A DNA stretch of 64,000 nt. Source: Macrostomum lignano (taxonomy: Eukaryota). Positions 58,784-64,000 of the stretch are shown here, in pieces. The position numbers and the translations under genes are program-made. How positions within the stretch are numbered: position 1 is the stretch's first letter; every line of letters begins with the position of its first letter. Below the pieces are notes generated by a model, which did no database searches, had not been told where the DNA came from, and worked only from the letters and a program-made list of their open reading frames with translations. The stretch covers positions 620,001 to 684,000 of the forward strand of contig NIVC01000084.1 of the NCBI GenBank assembly GCA_002269645.1. The letters are read 5' to 3'.

Positions 58784-59548
58784 TCAGTCGAAGCACGGCC
58801 TGGGCAGCTTCATGGCATCCAATCTGCGCAGAGCGAATGGCGGCTGCTTGCGTTTCCTGGCGTTCTCAGCGGCGGCTGTTTGAGCTCGGAACTGGTACCA
58901 GACTGGGTCCTCTTGCAGATCAGTGTCCTGCCGAGGAATCGCTCCAGCTGCAGGCTTGGTCAGTTGCAGAGGCGTTGAAGTGGCAAACGCTGTGTCGATT
59001 TGCAGATTGGATGGCATGCCAGCCTCGCCAGCAGCAGCAGCAGCATCGTCCTCCGCCTTCACTACCGGCTTGGTCTCTTCCGCGTTTTCGCCAGCATCGT
59101 CTTCATTTTCGATGCTGTCGGAGGAAGATCCCGACTCCAGCTCGTATGCATCGGAAATCTCACGTGGAGCCGATAGCTGCTCGTCGATCCAATCCGCGTA
59201 CTGCCACAGCTTTCGCCACAGCGGCGGTGTCAGCGGCACGGTGTTCCGCTTAAGAAACTCGTCGCAGCAGTCCTCCGGCAATCGCTTTAACCAGATAATG
59301 CCGTTTTTCACTTCGATGAACTTATCGAAGCCGAGTTTGACAACCTTTGGCTGTTTGTCCAAGGCCGCCTTGACAAGCGATCGCTTCAACTCCTTGAGCT
59401 TCTCCCACTGACGGATGTTCAAATTGAAGCCGGGGACTCCAGGTTTCAAACTCGCAGTGCTGCCATGTCGGTAAAATTTTCTGATAGCAATGAACATAAC
59501 TCCTTCATACTCCTGTATTTGGAGTTTATATCCTTCGCCGATGTCCAT
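58784..59548 (-). CDS. Tandem PC4(Sub1)-domain ssDNA-binding/coactivator-like protein, 254 aa
   Basis: IGEGYKLQIQEYEGVMFIAIRKFY...LKPGVPGFNLNIRQWEKLKE~PC4 [24 protein letters not shown]...[20 protein letters not shown]; second degenerate copy LGFDKFIEV...VPLTPPLWRKL...WIDEQL; acidic tail and RKRK. Confidence 0.82.
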   Translation of the reverse strand: MDIGEGYKLQIQEYEGVMFIAIRKFYRHGSTASLKPGVPGFNLNIRQWEKLKELKRSLVKAALDKQPKVVKLGFDKFIEVKNGIIWLKRLPEDCCDEFLKRNTVPLTPPLWRKLWQYADWIDEQLSAPREISDAYELESGSSSDSIENEDDAGENAEETKPVVKAEDDAAAAAGEAGMPSNLQIDTAFATSTPLQLTKPAAGAIPRQDTDLQEDPVWYQFRAQTAAAENARKRKQPPFALRRLDAMKLPRPCFD

Positions 59549-59621
59549 GACTTAAAATCTAACAGAATAAACTATCTCGTCGAAAAAAAATCGTTTTTTC
59601 ATGAATCAAAGAGATTTTTTG

Positions 59622-59631
59622 GTCCTTATAT
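59622..59631 (-). promoter_or_regulatory. TATA-like box ATATAAGGAC upstream of the PC4 gene / right-arm gene cassette
   Basis: About 75 nt upstream of ATG 59548; identical to 48699-48708. Confidence 0.5.
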
Positions 59632-59696
59632 AGACTAAACCACTGCAGCAGACATACAGCAATAGAAAAACATAGGCCTATGTTCTCTCACTAAGG

Positions 59697-59831
59697 CCCC
59701 ATGGAATTTCCATGGCTTTCCCTGCGGCAGAGTCCACCAATGCATTTACATAGGCGCTATGTTTACACACTACAGGCCCGTGGTTTTCCCACGGAAATTC
59801 CTGCGGCAGAGTCCACATTTCCCCTACTACT
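59697..59831 (-). repeat. Maverick right terminal inverted repeat
   Basis: Reverse complement of 47694-47828. Confidence 0.95.
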
Positions 59832-61294
59832 TCTATAGAATATTTGTTCCTATTGGTTGAAGCGCGGCCAATTGGGAGAGAACAGACAGCCTCCCCCACC
59901 AAACCGCAACAGAGAGAGAATGACACGGTGGGGTGACAGTTGACAGTCAAAAGGCTTGTATACATTGCCAAGCTGTATCAGTAGACTCAGCTGTGAGATT
60001 CTACTCACCATTAGAGTGTGCCAGTCGGTATCACCCGCAGAAAGAATCGTGTCTCTAGATTAATCCGCTTTCCAGAGATTCGAAGGGGCGATTTAGGAAA
60101 ATTCAACACAACGCGCGACAACCCTAAACTCAATTTATTTAATAAAACAGTATATACACGTATAGTAGAATAGCAACAATAAATGAAGCAATACAATTCC
60201 TCCCCTTCTATGTATTGATTTGAAACATAAATACAATTACCTTGTAAACATGTTATATACATGTATGTTAAGAGCATCGGCTGCATCTCCAGGCACCAGT
60301 ACCTGCAGGTCAGCACCCAACGCGAACTGTAGTTTCTGCAACTCAGGTGACGAAACTAATTACCACCGTATCACTTTGTCAGCATCTGTCCCGCTTTCAC
60401 TAGAGACAGACTCACTTATACCAGACTGCACAATCAATTATTGAAGCGTGCAAACCCGAAAAATTTCATTTAGCTAGCTACATATTCGGGCCTGGGGGAC
60501 ATGGGGACCACTGGGGACCTCGCTGGGCAGCGCCAACCCTCCATCCATATAGCGACTTAGCGCTGCAGCTATGTCAAGTAAGTCAAAGTCATATCGTTAA
60601 AACATTTTATATTTCATGTCTTCGAGCGTCATGAACGCAAAAGGAAAGTACATGTAAGGATTTGTGTAAAAATCTGGATAAAGAACAAACAAAAACAAAA
60701 ACAAAAAAGGACGTGCAAATTCAAAAGATTTTTTTTCAATACAATCTAAATAATAAACATTTTGATCGCCAATTAAAGATGCACATGAATGTCATTTAAA
60801 ATCAAATGATATGACATGTACGAGCATTTATTACTTTTTAAAGATAATAGAAAAAATGATAATGAGGCTCAAAACAATATCCAAGATTACTCGATTTAAA
60901 AAAACTAACCATAAATAAGGATGGCGAATAAAGCCACTAGATTCAACGCATTTTGTTTGAATATGCAATAAGATGCTTATTACGAACCATTAATATTATC
61001 ATCAATACATCATAAATAATTTTATAAATATTGTCAAAAACTAAAATTAAACAAAAGGTCGAAAAATGACTTACTTTACTATAGTAAGTTTCATACACCA
61101 ATAGCTTGTGTAAGGAAACACCAACAGAGAAATCAACGTTTTTCAACTTTTAAAAACCAGAATAGTGAAAATGTAGGTAACAAGGGCCATAAAACTTTGC
61201 CCTGGAAACGTACGAGAGCGATGGTATGTAATCATATACTCTTCCGGCTTCCGAATATCGGATTCAGTTCAGACGTCTATTTCTTTGGAGGCGG

Positions 61295-61334
61295 TTAAGA
61301 CAACGCAGGAAAATCATCTTTCAACAAGACAAAG

Positions 61335-61379
<45 letters not shown>

Positions 61380-61581
61380 ATCTGCCTCGGATTATGTTGA
61401 CTCCACTGCTGATAGCTGTTTTGATATTGGTGCTGACGTTGCTGTTGGGGTTGCTGCTGCTGTTGTTGCGCCTGATGAGACTGTCGTTGTGGTTGCGTGT
61501 AATTTCTCGGAGGCTGCTGTTTTTGGTGCCAATGCTGAGGGTTCTGCTTCTTCTTCTGCTGCCGCTGCTGCCACTGCTGCC

Positions 61582-61627
<46 letters not shown>

Positions 61628-64000
61628 GCTCCAATTCCAATTTGATATACTTTTCCACGGTCCGCCGCCGCCATTCCAAGCCCTAGCCGAACCGCTGCCG
61701 CGACCCGACAGTTTCGGGTCGTTGCCGTCGTGCGTGTAAAAGCGCTTGTCGCCAGTTTTAGCGGGAAAGTCGGTCGGCTTGTCGGGAACGCAGCCGCGAC
61801 TCTGCAGACTGGACAGCAGAGAGCTCCACATCGGATTTGCTTGCAGCAGGAACCGATTGCCTAAAAACGAGCGTAGTAATGGGAATTAGGTAGGCGTTTC
61901 CCCATGCGTGAGTTTTAGTTGATTCTGTGTCCGTTCAAATTAAGAATCTTTAATAGTGTTGTCGCACATACCGATAATGATGAGGCCTCTGCGAGCTCGA
62001 GTGAGCGCCACATTAATCTGGTTGGCATCGGTAATAAATCCCAGATACTTGTGCTCCCAACTTGGAATTGGGAATTTAGGAATTTCGTAGTTGGGCAGCG
62101 AGCGCACGAGGGAGAGAATGACGTAGTCGAATTCGCTACCTGGATGTCAATCAAATGAGATATAAATGGGGAGGCTTTTCATATAAAAATATCAGAGTAC
62201 CTGATTACAGATAGAAAGCACTTCTATAAAATAGGCTATTTTAGCTACTTGAGCATCTACCAGCTAACAGAATCAAATCTCAGTAATCATCAGCGACGCG
62301 ATCAAAATCTTACCTTGGCTTTCGATGACTGTCTTGACGATGGGCGACTTGACGCCGCATCTGCGTATCTTCTCGGCGATGCTGCTCACCTGGTAACGGT
62401 ACTGCGACAGAACTGCCAGAGATTCGTTGAAAAGCCGAGGACGCTCAGCTCGTTTGCGGATTGCCTCATACACGCGAATCTGAAAGGTAACAATGCCAAT
62501 AAGACCCTCTTAATTGAAACTTTACTGTGCAAAATTCAACTTGGTAGCGGTGGGTGGAATGGTAAGTCAGTGAAGAAGGATATTAAAATTAAGATCTTGA
62601 GTGTTTCTGTGTAGTATCTGGTTTTGCTGCTCCACGAATAATTATACGTAGCAGCTATCTTCGGATCACAAGCAACGAGCATTACCACTTCGTCAATTTC
62701 TGCCAAGTTCCGACGCGAGTCCTCGGAGCCCTCTTCCGTGGACACGGTGGTCTTCTCTTCGACTCCCTCAACGTGAAGGAACACAATGCGATCCTCTTCG
62801 CCTTTCACGTGCAGGTCTGTCGGCTTTACAACTCGGTGCGAAGAGTAGACGTGGCAGCTGCCGTCGGGTGGGTAGTCAGTCAGCCTGCGCACTCCGGGCC
62901 AGCAGCCAATGAGCACATTGGAGTTCTCTAGTCGCAGCTTACCGCTGACGCGGCCTTCAGTGCGAAAGTTGTAGGAGTCGAACACGTAGTGCCTGGCTAA
63001 GTGATGAGTGTTAATGCCGTTCCATTCGCGTTCGGGGTCCTGAACGTCGTCAACTTGAAGTCCAGTCCAAGATGGCGACTGTCGCGTTTGCAGATGAGCC
63101 CTACTAGTGCGGTAGAAGTAGTCGGCAGAGAACTCGCACAGGCTCGGGTGCTGCGGGTAATGTAATCAGCTGGGTATTTAATTTCAAAGGGGCTCAAGCA
63201 GTTAGTTATGAAACGGTTGTCCACTTGACCTGACAAACTGACTTTGACAGAAATACGATCGCGGTTGCTTAGGAAGTCTCAAAGGTTTGTGTGCACATCG
63301 GCCCCAAGCTGTAGACACAAAAGGCTGTACATTTAAACTGATCAGTGCTTTGGTGTCGGGCTTCGCGAAAGCGGCATACATGCACGAATTTCGGATTTTT
63401 AGGACATTTTTATAGCAACTGGCAACACACGCATGTTAGTTGCTATTGAACGAAGCACTTCTCATGGTTCTGTTTGAAGCGATTATTTTGACGCATCAAA
63501 TCACAGCTTACCATTCGGTACTGATAGCTCAGCATAATCGCCCGATGGCTGTGCCGCTCGAAAAGCGACACGCCCAAGCCGAGCTGTTCAGCAGTTCTAT
63601 TCTGGATAATCGGTCGAAGCTGCTTGTGATCTCCGATAAGCACCAGGCGTTCGGTGAAGTGTGATGCCTTCTTTTTCTCCTGCGCATTGATGGTTGACTG
63701 ATTGGCTGGTGAGCAGTCTACTAGAGGCACGAGAGTCTCCGGCTCGGTGCACATGCCTGCCTCATCAATGATGATTTGGCTGAACTTGCAGGCCGTCTGC
63801 AGTACTGAACTGCAGCTCACAGATGTGGTGCACAGGATCACTTCGAACTGCTGCAGCACGCGCTTTTTAGCCGCGGTCACAACCTTTCTGTACATTGTTA
63901 TTAACTGAAGCAGCGACAAGTCTCGATAGCTAAAGCTTCTGATATCCAATTTACCTCGGTCAGAGTTGACCACTTCCTGTGCCAGGCGGCTGAGATAGGA
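61295..64000 (-). CDS. HELZ2: Second HELZ2-like helicase paralog, 3' five exons (gene continues beyond the window)
   Basis: Exons >64000-63512, 63150-62686, 62479-62314, 62139-61972 and 61860-61295. The three complete internal exons match copy 1 in length (465, 166, 168 bp); the same DEAG, GDHKQLRP, QYRM and NVALTRAR motifs are present; poly-Q C-terminus. Confidence 0.88.
61337..61625. repeat. (CTG/CAG)n-rich tract encoding the poly-Q tail of paralog 2
   Basis: Direct observation. Confidence 0.9.

Larger units (their letters stand above)
47694..59831. mobile_element. Maverick/Polinton (polintovirus-like) element, 12,138 bp
   Basis: 5'-AGTAGT...ACTACT-3' termini; 135-bp TIRs (47694-47828 and 59697-59831, 3 mismatches); 6-bp TSD TCTATA (47688-47693, 59832-59837); encodes INT, minor and major capsid, protease, ATPase and a pPolB fragment. 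Confidence 0.97.

Noticed and set aside
60011-60444. Short ORFs right of the Maverick
   Set aside because: No recognisable homology or splice model
61285-61686. Poly-Ala, poly-Ser and poly-Leu ORFs
   Set aside because: Alternative frames of the CAG/CTG tract; the poly-Q frame is the one continuous with the helicase exon
29557-64000. HELZ2-like genes as Maverick cargo or as giant terminal inverted repeats
   Set aside because: Both genes lie outside the TIR/TSD-defined element, are intron-rich and have largely unalignable introns
1-64000. rRNA, tRNA or other structured RNA genes
   Set aside because: None recognised by eye; a covariance-model scan was not possible

Overview
Eukaryotic, repeat-rich animal genomic DNA with GT-AG introns and long simple repeats. 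The style suggests an invertebrate such as a macrostomid flatworm, which is inference only. From left to right the window holds: minisatellites; a decayed RNase H retroelement remnant; a small secreted-protein gene with a frameshifted partial duplicate; a ~13 kb 41-bp satellite; an intact Ty1/Copia LTR retrotransposon (23615-28445, TSD GCTTT); and a 15-exon HELZ2-like RNB exoribonuclease/SF1 helicase gene (+, ~29.5-46.2 kb) with a Crypton-like tyrosine recombinase element in one intron. Next is a complete Maverick/Polinton virus-like element (47694-59831; AGTAGT...ACTACT ends, 135-bp TIRs, 6-bp TSD TCTATA), followed by the 3' part of a second, convergent HELZ2-like paralog (-, 61295 to beyond 64000). 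The most striking signal is inside the Maverick. Besides integrase, major and minor capsid, protease and packaging ATPase, it encodes a divergent two-repeat TATA-binding protein (TBP), a tandem PC4-domain protein and a Zn-finger/acidic activator-like ORF. It also carries the same ATATAAGGAC TATA-like box at both inward-facing promoters. This may be an element-encoded basal transcription module. Its pPolB survives only as a C-terminal fragment.
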